A DNA stretch of 64,000 nt, from contig JBNRSN020000008.1 in assembly GCA_051313645.2 (NCBI GenBank), positions 123,814,001-123,878,000 of the forward strand, read 5' to 3'. Position numbers and translations under genes: made by a program. A model generated the notes under the pieces. It saw nothing but the letters and a program-made list of their open reading frames with translations, was not told where the DNA came from and made no database searches. Numbering within the stretch: position 1 is the stretch's first letter; each line of letters opens with the position of its first letter. Shown piece by piece: positions 24,135 to 37,865 of the stretch. This DNA comes from Centroscyllium fabricii (lineage: Eukaryota).

Positions 24135-25325
24135 AATATTGGTGGTGGAATGCAAAAAAAAATGGCAAATGGAATTCAATGTCAGTAAGTGTAAGGTGGT
24201 TGGTTTATATAAAAAAAGGTAAAGGATGGCAAAGTGCTGGGACCTGACTGGGTGTGTCCAAGGATCCTAAGAGAAATGGGGTAAGAAGATGAGTTAAGGG
24301 CATTTTCTCAGAATGGTTGGAAGTAGATAGTGGTGTCTCAAGTTTCTGTTCTGGGACTGCATTTGTGCACATTAATGATTTGGATATAGGGCTAAAGGCA
24401 GTGGTGTCTAAATTTACAGGCAGTACTAAAACAGGAATCTTAATTCTGGGGACCAAAAGAAGCTGCAAAGGGATATTGGAGGAATGTGAAAAAATTGGCA
24501 AATGAAATTCAATGTCAGTAAGTGTAAGGTAGTACATTTTGGTTTATATAAAAAAAGTAATTATAGTTTGGAGGAAAGCTGGGTTATGTGGCAGAGCAGT
24601 GGGATTTGAAGTTTTAGATTAACGAGACATTAAAAGCAGCACCTCAACTGCATAAGACCAGAAATAAAGTTAACAAAATACTGGGCTTTGTGGCAAGAGG
24701 TTTGGAATATAAGTCGAGATGTAATTGTGAATCTATATAAAACCTTAGTAAGACCATAGTTGAAGTACCGTGTGTAGTTCTGAACTCCACACTATATGAA
24801 GGATGTTGAGGCAATAGAAAGGGTACGGTGCAGATTCACTAGGCTGCTGCCTGGTGTGGTGAAATAAAAACACCAGGAAAACGTGAACAATTGGGGCTGT
24901 TTACATTGGAACAGAGGAAGTTAGAGATTTGATAGAGGTGTTTAAAACTATGAAGGGAAGGGACAAAGTAGATAGAAAGTCTGCTACTTATGAATGGGGG
25001 ATCTAGAACTATTTATAAGATGAACTGGGGGATCTAGAACTATTTATAAGACGAAATGGGGGATCTAGAACTATTTATAAGATGAAATGGGGGATCTAGA
25101 ACTATTTATAAGATGAAATGGGGGATCTAGAACTATTTATAAGATGAAATGGAAGAAAGATTCAAGCAGAGACCATGGAAATATTTAGAATACGTTAGAT
25201 AGGTGGTTGAAGAAAGGGGAATGAAGGGATATGAGAACAGGTCGACACATGGGACTAGGATTACTGCTCATGTGGAGGATAAACACCAACTGCCTGTTTC
25301 AGTGTTGTAATATTTTTGTAATGCA
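24135..25325 (+). mobile_element. Old CR1 LINE 3' fragment
   Basis: HINDLD...SKF remnants, tggcaaatgaaattcaatg and tttgatagaggtgtttaaaac; degenerate tail. Confidence 0.7.
24990..25152. repeat. 31-bp minisatellite, about 5.3 copies
   Basis: Unit ATGAAATGGGGGATCTAGAACTATTTATAAG, head-to-tail with no spacers. Confidence 0.95.
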
Positions 25326-26239
25326 TTAGTTGATCTCATGTCATTGCACACAGGATGTTATGACCAAGTACAGTATTCAGGTCAGAGTTATTGGGTAATG
25401 GGGAGGGGGGTAAGATGGGGTGCAGTAGGCAGTAGTTGTAATCCGCAGAGGGGGAAGCTGGTAAACTGTCTTGGTGGTGAGTGTGCAAGACCATTAAAAT
25501 CTCTCTGCAGGCCAGAAACCCTACTGTGTGGGGGAGAAGCAAACATTGAAGCTATGTCAGCAGGAAAAACATAGCTTGGTGTGGGGTGGGGTCACGTCTA
25601 GCCTGGATAGCAGCTGTCTTGATGGGGACAGTTGCTTCAAGAAACTAGTAATGCTGTCTGTACCTTTTTGATCACTTTCCCTGCTTGTTTGATATGAGTG
25701 GTGGTTGCAAGTGGGTTCACAGTCAGTTGCTAAAAGTGTGATTCTGCTGCAGTTTCCATCAGACCGATGGGGTTTCAAAAGACTAGCAAGACTTTCCACA
25801 TGGAAAGGTGGTCCGAAGACGTTGATGTTTGCAATTTAATTAGGATTATCTTTTAAGGCATTCAAATGCTAGGCCCAGGGAGCCACCACATTATTTCAAC
25901 TGTGGGAGCAAAAAGGTGGGGGCACAGTGCAGCTAGTGTCTGAGCAGTGAATAACTGGCCGCCACATCAGGATCCTGGAGTTGCAGTCAGTTTCAAAGGG
26001 GTAATAATGGCGAACGCTGTTAGTTCGCCATTATTACTCACTGCAAATTCCAGCCCTACATGATGAAGATGACTCCTGTGCTACTGAAACTATTGATATT
26101 GTCTGTTCAGAGTTGAAAGGTGTGGGTTGTTGTGCTGCATTGATTCAAGTTTGTTGTGTTACTTCATACAACTTTACCTCGGAGATTTTGCCACCAAGCA
26201 TCCCTTGAGATGGGTTGGGTAAAATTCATAATAAGACAC

Positions 26240-27412
26240 ATTGTGCAAAGTAGGACCAATCCAACCTGACCAGTTACCGTCTGATCAGCCTACTCTCAAT
26301 CATCAGCAAAGTGAGGGAAGGTGTTGTCAAAAGTGCTGTTAAGCGACACTTACTCTCCAATGCTCAGTTTGGGTTCTGCCAGGACCACTCTGCTCCAGAC
26401 CTCATTACAGCCTTGGTCCAAACATGGACAAAAGAGCTGAATTCTAGAGGTGAGGTGAGGTGAGAGTGACTGCTTGACGTCAAGGCAGGATTTGACCAAG
26501 TGTGGCATCAAGGAGCCCTAGTAAAATTGAAGTCAATGGGAATCAGGGAAAACTGTCCACTGGCTGGAGTCATACCTAACACAAAGGAATGTGGTTGTTG
26601 GAGGCCAATCATCTCAGCCCCAAGACATCGCTGCAGGAGTTCCTCAGGCTAAAGTCCTAGCGCAGGCTTTTCAGCTGCTTCATCAGTAACCTTCCATCCA
26701 TACGGTCAAAAATGGGGATGTTCACTGATTGCACAGTATTCAGTTCCATTCCCAAGTCCTCAGATAATGAAGCAGTCTGTGCCTGTATACAGCAAAACCT
26801 GGACATTCAGGCTTGGGGTGATAGGTGGCAAGTACCATTCGCGTCACACAAGTGCCAGGCAATGACCATCTCCAACAAGAGAGTGCGTAGCCACCTTCCC
26901 CTGACAACATGATTACCATTGCCGAATCCCCCACCATCAACGTCCTGGAGGTCACCATTGGCTAGAAACTAAACTGGACCATCCATATAAATACTGTGGC
27001 TACAAGAACAGGTCAGAGGCTGGGTATTCTGTGGCGAGTGACTCACTACCTGACTCCCCAAAGCCTTTGCACCATCTATATGGCACAAGTCAGGAGTGTG
27101 ATGGAATACTCTCCACTTGCCTGGATGAGTACAGCTCCAACAACACAAGAAGCTTGACACCATCCAGGACAAAGCAGCCCACTTGATTGGCACCCCATCC
27201 ACCACCTTAAACATTCACTCCACCACTGGTGTACCATGGCTGGAGTGTGTACCATCTACAGGATACCCTGCAATAACTCGCCAAGGCTTCTTCGACAGCA
27301 CCTTCCAAACCCATGACCTCTTCCACCTAGAAGGACAAGGGCAGCAGGTGCATGGGAACACCACCACCTCCAAGTTGCACACTGTCCTGACTTGGAAATA
27401 TATCATCGTTCC
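26240..27412 (+). mobile_element. 5'-truncated copy of the LINE family at 49145-52413 (RT to C-terminus)
   Basis: Colinear with the reverse complement of about 49335-50540 (ctcattacagccttggtccaaacatggacaaaagagctg...). Confidence 0.9.
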
Positions 27413-27424
27413 TTATCTGGTCAT

Positions 27425-27582
27425 CAACACATTGCTGTTTGTGGGACCTTGCTGTGCGCAAGTTGGCTGTCGCGTTTCCCACATTACAACAGTGACTCTA
27501 CTTCAAAAGTATTTAATTGGCTGTAAAGCACTTTGAGACATCCGGTGGTCATGAAAGGTGCTATATAAATGCAAGTCTTTCA
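27425..27582 (+). mobile_element. Deu-SINE 3' part; further remnants on - at about 28500-28810 and 37441-37550
   Basis: cattgctgtttgtgggaccttgctgtgcgca...gtaaagcactttgagac...gctatataaatgcaagtctttc. Confidence 0.75.
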
Positions 27583-29062
27583 TCATAAGTTTCAACTTGT
27601 CCAAAACTCAGCCTCCTATACCATATCTCTCACCAAGTCCCACTAACCCATCACTCCCATCCTCATCAATTTGTATTAATTTTCTTCCTCCCAACATATT
27701 AAATTAAAAAACTCATCTTCAAATCCCTTTATGGCCTTGCTGCACTCTACCTCTGCAACCACCCCAGCCTTGTCTGCTCCCACATCCTTCAGACTTCTGA
27801 ATCTGGCCTTTTGTACATTTCTTCCCATCGTCCCTCCCAAACTGCTCACTACTTGTGCCAGAGGCTTATATTGCCCATTTTAGTCACCGAAACTGTACAC
27901 TGATAAATATGGCTTTCCACCTCCTGCTTTAAAACATTTGGGTCAATGGAAATGTAGTGCAGTGTTTTCAAATTACATGATCTGATCCTTCTGCATTAAA
28001 AAGAATGCAGTTAATTGGAGAACATGCATACCATACATAGACTATTCAGTTGCAGCTAAATGGAATGCCATGAAACTAAATGGTTGTTGAACTTGAGGGC
28101 TTATTTTGAGAACACAACATGACAAATGTTCACTGTACAATTGTATCAGACATGGTAATAAATTATTCTGGAAGATGTACTGTGCTGAGTGTTCTTATTG
28201 TTATCCATTTCATTTACTGACCCCTGAGGTCTTACCCTCGTATTCTCTGTTGAGAATTCAATGTCATCTAAAAAATTGATTGTTTATCTTGCACTGTCTC
28301 CGCTGTAATTGTGATTTAATAATTAGCCGGGAAGAGGTAGACTAGTTTGCCTGCTTAAAATTACTTTGTGATAAGTGGAGTTCTTTTACTTATCTATTGG
28401 TGCATTGAAGAAAACCGATGTAATCTAGGGTTGAAGACTGGAAGAAATACAAACCTATTCTCATAAAATGTCAAACTAAAGAGAATTGTTGAAAGAAGGA
28501 AAGTTGAATTTATATAAGCACTATACCACATCTCAAAACATTTTACAAAGAGAGAATTTGTTTGGAATTGTTATGCAGGCAAACACAGCAGCCATTTTGC
28601 ATACAGCTAGTTCTGGCAAACCACAAAGGTGAATGCCTAATCTATTTTGTTCGCAGTGAATTAACAGGTGGGGCCTTGATTTTTAGTATCTCATCTGAGT
28701 GATAGCACCTCCAGTAATGCAGGACTTCCTAGTACTGCACTGATGCATCACCCTAGATTCTGTGCTGCCGTCCTATTTTGGGGGTTGAACCTAAATTACT
28801 CTGAAGCAAGAGTGGTATCAATTGCTGTCCAATTGACATTGGGTAACTATCATTTTGGAATGCTAAATCCTAGCACTAAATGTAGCTTGGAATAGCAAGT
28901 ATTTAGTTTCTGACAGCATTCCTAATAATTGAGTAAAATTATATCCATTATCAACCTGACCATCCAAGTGGAAATAGATGGTGGGGTATTTTGTACATTG
29001 ACTAGTGAGCCCATCACACAAGCAATGAGTGGAGTTTATTAACTGGGGAAGGTAGGTGAAAC

Positions 29063-29278
29063 AACAACAGAAAATGCTGGGAAAACTCAGCAGACTAGGC
29101 AGCATCGGTGGAGAGAGAAACAGAGTTACCGTTTCAGGTCGATGACCTTTCTTCAGAAACCTGAAACCGGAGACCTGAAACGTTAACTGTTTCCTCTCTC
29201 CACCGATGCTGCCTGGCCTGCTGAGTTTTACCAGCATTTTCTGTTATTTTGGATTTCCAGCATCCGCAGTATTTTGCT
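29063..29278. mobile_element. Penelope-like palindromic mini-element with a 14-bp TSD; older relatives at about 4975-5115 and 6435-6605
   Basis: Inverted arms of about 75 bp (aacagaaaatgctgg.../...ccagcattttctgtt). Flanking direct repeat AAGGTAGGTGAAAC at 29049-29062 and 29279-29292. Confidence 0.7.
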
Positions 29279-31178
29279 AAGGTAGGTGAAACCCTTGATC
29301 ATTAGAAACTGAAGCAAGTTACTCTCATCTAGCTTTGATTAGAGGCTGCTAAACTGAAATTGTGAATATCATGCCTGTTTCCAAGATGACGTGATGACCT
29401 AGCTTCTGTGAACTAAATGAGTCTTGCAATGGTTGTTGCTGGTGTTTCACAAAGCCATGGCATTCATTTCAGTAAGTTAGGGCCTCGCATCTAAAAGAAT
29501 GCCTGGAATTCATTACTTGTGCTGTGATGGTTACAGCAATGGGTGGAATGCTAAACGAATTCTGGAAATCCAGGTGCCATTGCTATTTAAGTTCTCTATT
29601 CTGTAGGATTTTATTTAATGGCATAAGATGCTGGGTTTTCCCTTGTGTACTTATTCCTGGGGCAATAAAATTATCAAGGCTATATAATGAAGGGATTTTA
29701 ACCATTTAACCATGTTCATTACCCTTTTTGGGTTTGAAGTGTTGAAGCAAAAATGTTGTATGCTTTGGCATATAATGTAGAAAGTAATTTGTTTTTCTAG
29801 GCACTCTTGTCACGTTGCAGTTAATGTGGGGCTATGTGCTTTCACGTGCTCAATCATTTTTAGGTTTTGGCCAATGGAGTCACTTCTAATTAATAATAGG
29901 ATGCATTCATAAAAGTTGTGCTTAACTAGGCTTGATCATGAGATGGAACTCATTCTTGTGACAATAAAGTAGAAGCATCAGTTTCACTTTATTATTTAGC
30001 CACTTTCCACCTCCCCACCATGCCCAAAACATTTTTCAGGCTGAAAACTTGCTTTTCTATTGTCTTCAATATACGGTGAAAATTGGATATAGCTTTGTCT
30101 ATCAGAGGTGATATATTAAAGAAATTTTAAGCAAGATTGCAAATATGGCAGCCACGTGACCTGCAGGTTTTCAGCTCACTAGTCAAATGAATATTCGATT
30201 TACTATGATAAAAATATAAACTGAGGAAATATGACAAGATGGATGTGCAAATTAACACTCTGACAAAGCTAATGATGCACTCCAAGTACCTTCTGCTTTT
30301 GGAGCTGTGAGCAGCTTCATTTCGTATGCAGGGATGTTTGTTTTCTGGTTGTTCAAACGTCAGTGTAATTCCATATGGAGTTAGTTAGGTTGGAAGTGTG
30401 CAGTCAAGCAAGAATGTTAGTTTGTACACCCTGTAGTGGCAGTAATGTGTTACATCCAGTCAACTACTGCTTGCGTCCTTTTCTGGACAGTTATGTTTGT
30501 AACTATCGTGGCTGCTTGGTGATATTTGTGTGTTCAGTTGAAAGTGACACACTGCTCTTCCCTCCCCCCCCCCCCTCCCCCTCCTGCATGTGTAGAGCTG
30601 GATAGGTTTGTGCAGTGATGTTTTAAGGTGACTTGCTTAAAAAAAATCCTTCATGAATTATTGTGTTGCATGAATACAGAGGACTCTACAAAACGTTTAC
30701 CTGATAAAAATGACAGTATGTTGCATGTCAACAATCTCGGTATTCATTCCAACTAAATTTAAGTGCAAAATTGCACAGGTTTTTTTTTTGGGGGTGGGGG
30801 GGTGGTCACAAGAAATTGAACTAAATTGCACAGCTGAAGGGTACAGGATAGATTGGCAATCAGCTGTGCTGGTTACAAATGCAGTAAGGTCGTATACAGA
30901 AATAAACACCAATTTTTCATAATTTAAAAGCTACATCTGGTTAGACCAAGTCCCTGTGAGCAAAGAATGTACCTTCCTTGAAGACACTGCTTTAATAAGT
31001 GTCATAGTGTCTTCATTAAAACCTTTGGATCTTTGCATTTTCTACATGCAAATTCCCCAGTTTGCACTGAACTTGTGGACTGTGCAGCGTGGTACTCCTT
31101 CGGGGAGCACTGAGCTTAATGAGCTTGATAGTCTGTAGCGCTCAATAAATCATATGACACACTGCATTTCTCCTCTAA

Positions 31179-31397
<219 letters not shown>

Positions 31398-33460
31398 ATC
31401 AAAGATATACTCAACAGCGAAAGCTTGGATTCTTGGAAAGTAAGCAAATCCCACCATCTTAAAGATGAAATCACCAGACTATCAAAAAATTAACAACTTA
31501 CACTTTGTAAACAAAGCATCTGCAGTAGAATTTGTTGGCTAATAATTTCTTTTAATATGGGATACAGAGCACATGCTTGCAGAAAAGATGTGAAACTTAC
31601 TTTATTGAGTGCTATGCCCTGTTCCAATAAAGCTGAGAATGTTTTTGACAAGTGTATTCAGCAGCAAGCAGGGCATGCAATTGTCAGTTTAAAAAAAAAA
31701 AAAAACAGGATGCTTCGAGGTTACTAATAATTATCTTGTAATTTTTTTTTAAAAAAGGCATGGGTGGTCAGCTCTGATTGTAATTTCTGCCTATTTAAGT
31801 CCTTCAAAAACTTTTGCACCAATCACATAGCCATACCCGCTTGTTACTGGTAACTTTTTTGCATGTTAATTCGATTCTATAAGCAAATGTTGCTAAATGT
31901 TAAACTATCAACTTTGTACAATGTTCTCTTTAATTCAGTGACTTTTCTTTTCTGTATGCTTCCTCCTAAGGGGAAAACTATCATTGTACAGAATGCATAC
32001 TGTATTGCATCTCCTTTGTGAATTATGGGTTTCTGATTAAATTAAAATGTTGAAAATTTAAACGGTTCTAGGAAGGAGAAATATTCTTCATAGTGCCCTG
32101 GGGACTACAGGATCACAATATTTACATAATAGAGATACATGGATAATGTTACTTACATCATCCATACTAATTAAAGTATTTTTTGGATTCTTACAATATT
32201 ACATACTTTTTCGGTTGTCTTTGTATGAGTGTGTTCTATTCCAAGAGCATTAAACAAGTTACATTGAGTATTTCTGTAAATCAAAATATGAAATTACAGT
32301 CTCAAGACTTTTTTACTTGCATGGTGTCCTGGAAACTGTTACATTTAGTGTATAATATTACCGCGGTGTATGATCACTCATTTTGCTATTCAAGGCATCA
32401 ATATTTTGCTTGGATGAAAATCAAGATTGGCATGTGAAAACATTTAATGATCAGTATTCTAGATTATATTGGAAAATATGTTTACAGTTCTTCCAGAAGC
32501 TGTGTCCATTTTGCTAAACATACCAGTGTTAACTTGAGTTTCTGGCATTTCACTCGTGAAAGAACTAGCATAACTTGGATATTGGTGAACCATTGACGAA
32601 TTGATTCTTTCAGGTCCCTCAAGTGGTTGTGTATATGGTGTCCCTTTTACCAGCGGTAATGCTTGATGTAAAGTTGAATATTAAGTTCTCGCTCTCTTCC
32701 TTCCCTCCTCGCCTGATTCCAGCAGAGGCCCATTTCTCAGGTGTAGAATTTATTTAGATAAAATACATTGAGCAATTTATATGTCCAGTTAACACATCTA
32801 TAAGAAGTGATCCCATCTGTAACTTGAAAATTACAGGTAATGTGCTCATACTCTGAGAAATGGAGCAGGAACAGACAGGTTGAAGTGCCAATCAGAGCCA
32901 TTGTGAGTTGGGTGCTGAGCCTGGGCATTCTCCCAGTTTGTTTGAGGAGTGGCGAGGGGGAAGAGAAGAGAGAAGAAATTGGAAGGGAGAGTTCCTGCTG
33001 CTTTCCCACAGCTATCTAAAGAGGCAGCCTAGAAACTGGCTGTGCAACATTTTGGCTGCAGTTATGAGGCTAGAAAGGCAAAGACGATGATAAATTACAA
33101 GTAAAAGGAGATACTTGGCCAAAGACTGACTCAAAGTTTTTGGCTAAGTTTCTCCTTTTATTTGTAATAATCATAGAAATAAATGCACATTTTTGAATCT
33201 TCACCAATTTGCCAAGTGGTTTTTATTTCTGGAGGTGATTTATAAAATCAGTGTGCCAGAAACTCATGTTTCTGACTTGTTTGTAAACATTCTGTAACTG
33301 AACACTTTTGTCAACCTAGTTTACAAAGTTTTCATATTTTCAACAAACTTAATGAGCAGTTTCCTGTCCTTAAATCTCTTGGCTCCTACATTGCTGTTGG
33401 TAAAGCACTGATGTGATTTAATTTGGATTTCATTTTAAATAAACTTATAAGGAATTGCTC
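31398..33460 (+). promoter_or_regulatory. Probable AGPS 3' UTR with candidate poly(A) signals
   Basis: AT-rich sequence without recognisable repeats after the stop. AATAAA at 31626, 33178 and 33438; the true end is unknown. Confidence 0.5.
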
Positions 33461-33789
33461 ATTGGACATTGAATTTCTTTAAACCATTTCAATGGTGGAA
33501 CTTCATTTGTAACTATGCATCAAACACTAAGCATTTGTAGGATGCATTCGGAGGTAAGTGTTAAAAATAAATATGTGCATGAAAATAGCATGCCAAGAAA
33601 TACTAAAACATTTGTTCTTAGGATACCTTTTAATCTCCTCCTTGCCAATTACTCCCCCTGGCCTCCAGACACACTGCTTACCAAAATCTCTTCCTATCTA
33701 ACTTCTGCCGTGGCACAGACAGCACCTCATCTTTCGCTTAGGCACTCTACAGCCCACTGGACTCAAGAGTTCAACAATTTCAGATCATA

Positions 33790-36700
33790 ACCTCAGCCCC
33801 ATCACTTATATATATATATATATATATATATCGTCTAGGCTTTTTTCATCTCTGCCAGAGCCATCCTGTGTTCCTTGAATATCTCTTAATGTCTCTCTTG
33901 TCTCCTAATCTCTCCGGCTTTCTATCCTGTCGCTGACCTTCCCTTTTGTTCTTTCACCTCTTTCCCCAGCCCCTACTTGCTTTAAAATCTATCCCCTCTC
34001 CTGTTTTCTCCAGTTCTGATGAAAGGTCTTCGACCTGAAACGTTAACTCTTTCTCTCTCCACCAATGCTGCGTGGCCTGCTGCTTTTTTCCAGTGTTTTC
34101 TGTTATGTCCTCTTCAGTGGCTTCAGTCTTCACTTGAACTCGCCTTCATCTGCTGCCATGGTTTATTTTTTCCTTTCAACCTTCCCCTCCACAATAACTC
34201 CCTAATCACATTCAGGGCCACGTACTTGATTGTGTCATGACACATAGGAAGATCGGAACTGGAGTAGGCCATTCAGCCCATCGAGCATTTTCTGCCATTC
34301 AATGGCTGACAAGGCCTCAAGACCCCAATATATAATTATCGTGGCACTCTGATCACTTCCTGATCCTCATTCTTCTATACCTTCCCCTGCCTGCTTCTAG
34401 GCCCTCTTGTAATTTTCCACCCCTGGTTAAAAACTACCCCCAAACGTTCTCCATCACTCTGTAGCTAAGTTTTCCCCACCTCCTGGCCTGTCACCTGCAA
34501 TAACATTGATGTCTCCTCTTGGCCTTCCTGGCATAACTGCCATCTCCGCAGCCTCAGCTTAGCAGGAAGGAAGCTTGAGCACACTTTGTATTAATCTGGC
34601 CTGGTTTGTATTAATATTAATACCACACTTTGTATTAACCACAGGCTGCTCTGGTTGGATTGCCTCAAGTTGGACTGTTGCTCCCTCTCTAGCCAAAATT
34701 GCCTACTACTCTAAGATTATCCTGGAAAGCAGAATCATAGAATGGTCTCCTCCTGTGCTGTACTACTCAGCCCATTGAGTCTGCACCTGCTCTTTCCCGA
34801 TATCCCTGCAATTTTTCTCCAAGTACGTATCCAATTCCCTTTTGAAGGCTATTATTGAATTTCTATCAGGCAGTGCATTTCAAATCCTAATCACTTGTTG
34901 CATAAAGAGGTTTCCCCTCATGTTGCTTCTGGTTCTTTTGCCAATCACCTTCAATTTGTGCCCTCTGGTTATCGACCCTTCAGCCATTTGAAACAGTTTA
35001 TCTTTATTTACTGTCTAAACCCTTCATGATTTTAAACACCTCTATCAAATCTCCTCTTAGTCTTCTGCTCTAAGGAAATCAGCCCCAGCTTCTCCAGCCT
35101 AGCCACATAACTATAATCTCTCCGCCTTAGAACCATTCGAGTAAATCTCTTCTGTACCCTCTCCAGAGCTTTCACGCCCTTCCTAAAGTGTGGTGCCCAG
35201 ATTTGGACAAAATGCTCCAGCTGGAGCAGAACTAGTGTTTTATATCGGTTTAGCATAACTTCTGCCAAATAATGGCAAATTCCTTTTGTCCATTGCTAAC
35301 TGTCTCCTCATACCTCACTCCACCTTCACTCAGACTCTAAATGCAAGGAAATTGACTTAATTTATGCCATTACTTGAGGTTATCCACACAACTGCTGCCG
35401 CCTTTTACACTTGGCTTCCCATCTACACACCATATAACACTGCCACCATCCTTCTTTGCAGGTTCTTGGGACATTTTACTATGTTAAAGGCACTATATAC
35501 ACATATTGTTTAGCTCATTCATTTTGCCCATAAGCCCACCACTTCTGCCGTCTACTCTCATCCTAGCCCCTAAACACCCAACTTTTTCACTACATTCACA
35601 TGTTTGCAGACATCAAAGGGTCACCGTCTCTGGTCTGGCATTATTCACACCTCTTCCAAAATCATTGTTGTCACTACCTTCTTTAAGAAAACCAATCTCA
35701 ATTTGTCCACTCTCCCAACTATCGCTCTTCAAACCTTTTCCTCAAGTATTGGATGCCTCTCAGTTGGCTCTGAACTCTTGCAACTCTTATTTAAATCCCT
35801 CCAATCTGGCTTCAGCCCCATCCCTTCACAGTACCAAATTATCACTGTTCGAAGTCACAAATTTACATCCTTTGTGACTGGCTCCTATCTCATTCTCTCT
35901 TCTGCCTTCAATACTGTCGATCACTCCACCCATCTTCAGTATCTCCTCTACAACCCACCTCGGAGACATTGCTTTCTCAGAGATCCAGGCTTGCCTGACT
36001 CTTGCAGGCACTACATTCTTGCTAACGGCTTCTCTTCCTCGACCAATGCAGTCACATCTGATGTACTCCGAGTCTGTCCTTGACACCCCCTCCTCCTTCA
36101 CTATCTACCTGTAACCCCTCAGTGACATTATCTGGAAGTATGGGGTCAGCTTTCACATCAGTTTTGCCTCTTCTATTGACCCAGGAGTGTTTGTGTACAC
36201 ACAAATTGCCTCTGATAGCAAGCCCTGAATGAGCAAAAATGTCCTCAAGCTAAATGTCAGCAAAATCAAGGCTCCCGTCGGCACCTCTGGTCTCTACTCC
36301 ATCAATCTTGCCAGCTGTGTTAGGGGGTCAAGATCCCTCATGTCCTGACTGACCCTGAGCTCAACTTCCTTCCTGCATCCACTTAGTTACCAAAGCCACT
36401 TTCTTCCACTTGAGTAATGTTGACTATCTCTGCCCCATCCCATTCATTCAAAACATAACCGCTCATATCCTCAAGGTCACAAACTTCCACACTCTCATCC
36501 CCAACGTCCTCTCCAGGCTACACTGGTTCCCTTTGCCTCGGTGTGTTTCTTTCACAATTCTAGTCTGTGTTTTCAGATCTTTTCCTACTTTTATGATCTG
36601 TCACATTACATCCCCCACATGCACTTTCTGCTCCAACACCAGAATTTTCCTTGCTCCCTCCACTCCATAGTTAACTGCTGCATGTTCATCCACTGCACTT

Positions 36701-36790
36701 TGCACTCTGTCCCTTTCCCATTTCCTTGCCAGCTACCACCCTGCTTTAAAAAACCTCTTTTTCTCATTGTAAAGTGCGCTGCAATTACTT
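33790..36790 (+). mobile_element. Old L2-type LINE remnant with nested Penelope-like (about 33895-34105) and CR1 (34733-35265, minus strand) fragments
   Basis: Pyrimidine-rich + strand with LQSGF, SAFNTVDH and LHWFP remnants. The CR1 piece reads [24 protein letters not shown]. Confidence 0.7.
34012..34048 (+). ncRNA. Putative minimal type I hammerhead ribozyme in a Penelope-like repeat
   Basis: AGTT-CTGATGA-A-AGGTC(TTC)GACCT-GAAA-CGT-T-AACT: intact core, stem I AGTT/AACT, stem II and a palindromic ACGT in place of stem III. Confidence 0.55.
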
Positions 36791-37865
36791 TTTGGATGCG
36801 AGGAATGTTGTCTCAATGCAAGCTTTGGATACATTTGCTAAACTCACCCATTGGTCTGTATGATTTTCCATACAGCAGTTTTCCAATCTTCACTGCACTG
36901 TTGGGAGGGGGCACCAGGAAGGAATTTGAGGGTATTACCCAATGTAACCTTTCCAAGGTTTCCAGTGGTTATGGTTAGAGTGCAGAAACCTAGGAAGAAC
37001 TTGCCTGCTCCTGGGGGAGGGGAGGGGGGGAATGGTGCATAGAAACTCAAAATTAAAACTGAGAAAGCAACTCTTTTCAATTGTTACCAGCAAAATGACG
37101 AATGTGTAAATCTGTAATAAAAACAGAAATTGTTAGAAATACACCGGTTTCTCCGCATTTGTAAAAAGACAGGTGTGTACCCAATATTTCAATAAACTGT
37201 CTTTTAGTTCTATCAATGGTGATTAACTTGCTGTGTATTTGCAGCATTTGTATGCCTCTGTATTTTCCTCCTGCTCCTCTTCGCCACAGCTGGAAACACT
37301 GACTCATGCTAATCCTGAGTTACAAATAGGAATGCCCTATCTACCTACTGATGTGAATCTGCATTACTCCTCAAGGTGGTTAATTCATGGCGGTAGGTTG
37401 ATTTGTCCTGATTAATTGCAAAACTGCTTCCAATCGAATAAAAAAAACTTGCATTTATATAGCACCTTTCACAACCGCTGGTCGTCCCAAAGTGCATTAC
37501 AGCCAATGAAGTACTTTTTGAAGTATAGTCACTTGTAATGTAGGAATCGGCCTTCAATATGTGCTGGTTCCCTCAGTGATAAATTAACCTTGTTTCTACT
37601 GCAGGGTGGATACAGCAACAACTGAACAATGTATGCCACAAGTTGCAGTACAATGAAACACATTGGGTTCTCTCTCTGAAATTTGTTGGACCACAGTATA
37701 TGTGTAATGTGCCCCATAAGGCATGCATGGAGTGTGCACTGAGGAAACCAGATTGTAATTATCTTCATGTAGTGCATTTACTTAATGTGCCTTATTTGTA
37801 CTTGCCAGAGGCCGCAGGTTGTATGCAGGCCCTGGAGATTTATTTATCTTTAGTCTCATTATTTT

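Noticed and set aside
24990-25152. CRISPR-like array
   Set aside because: The units abut with no unique spacers, the context is eukaryotic and there are no cas genes.
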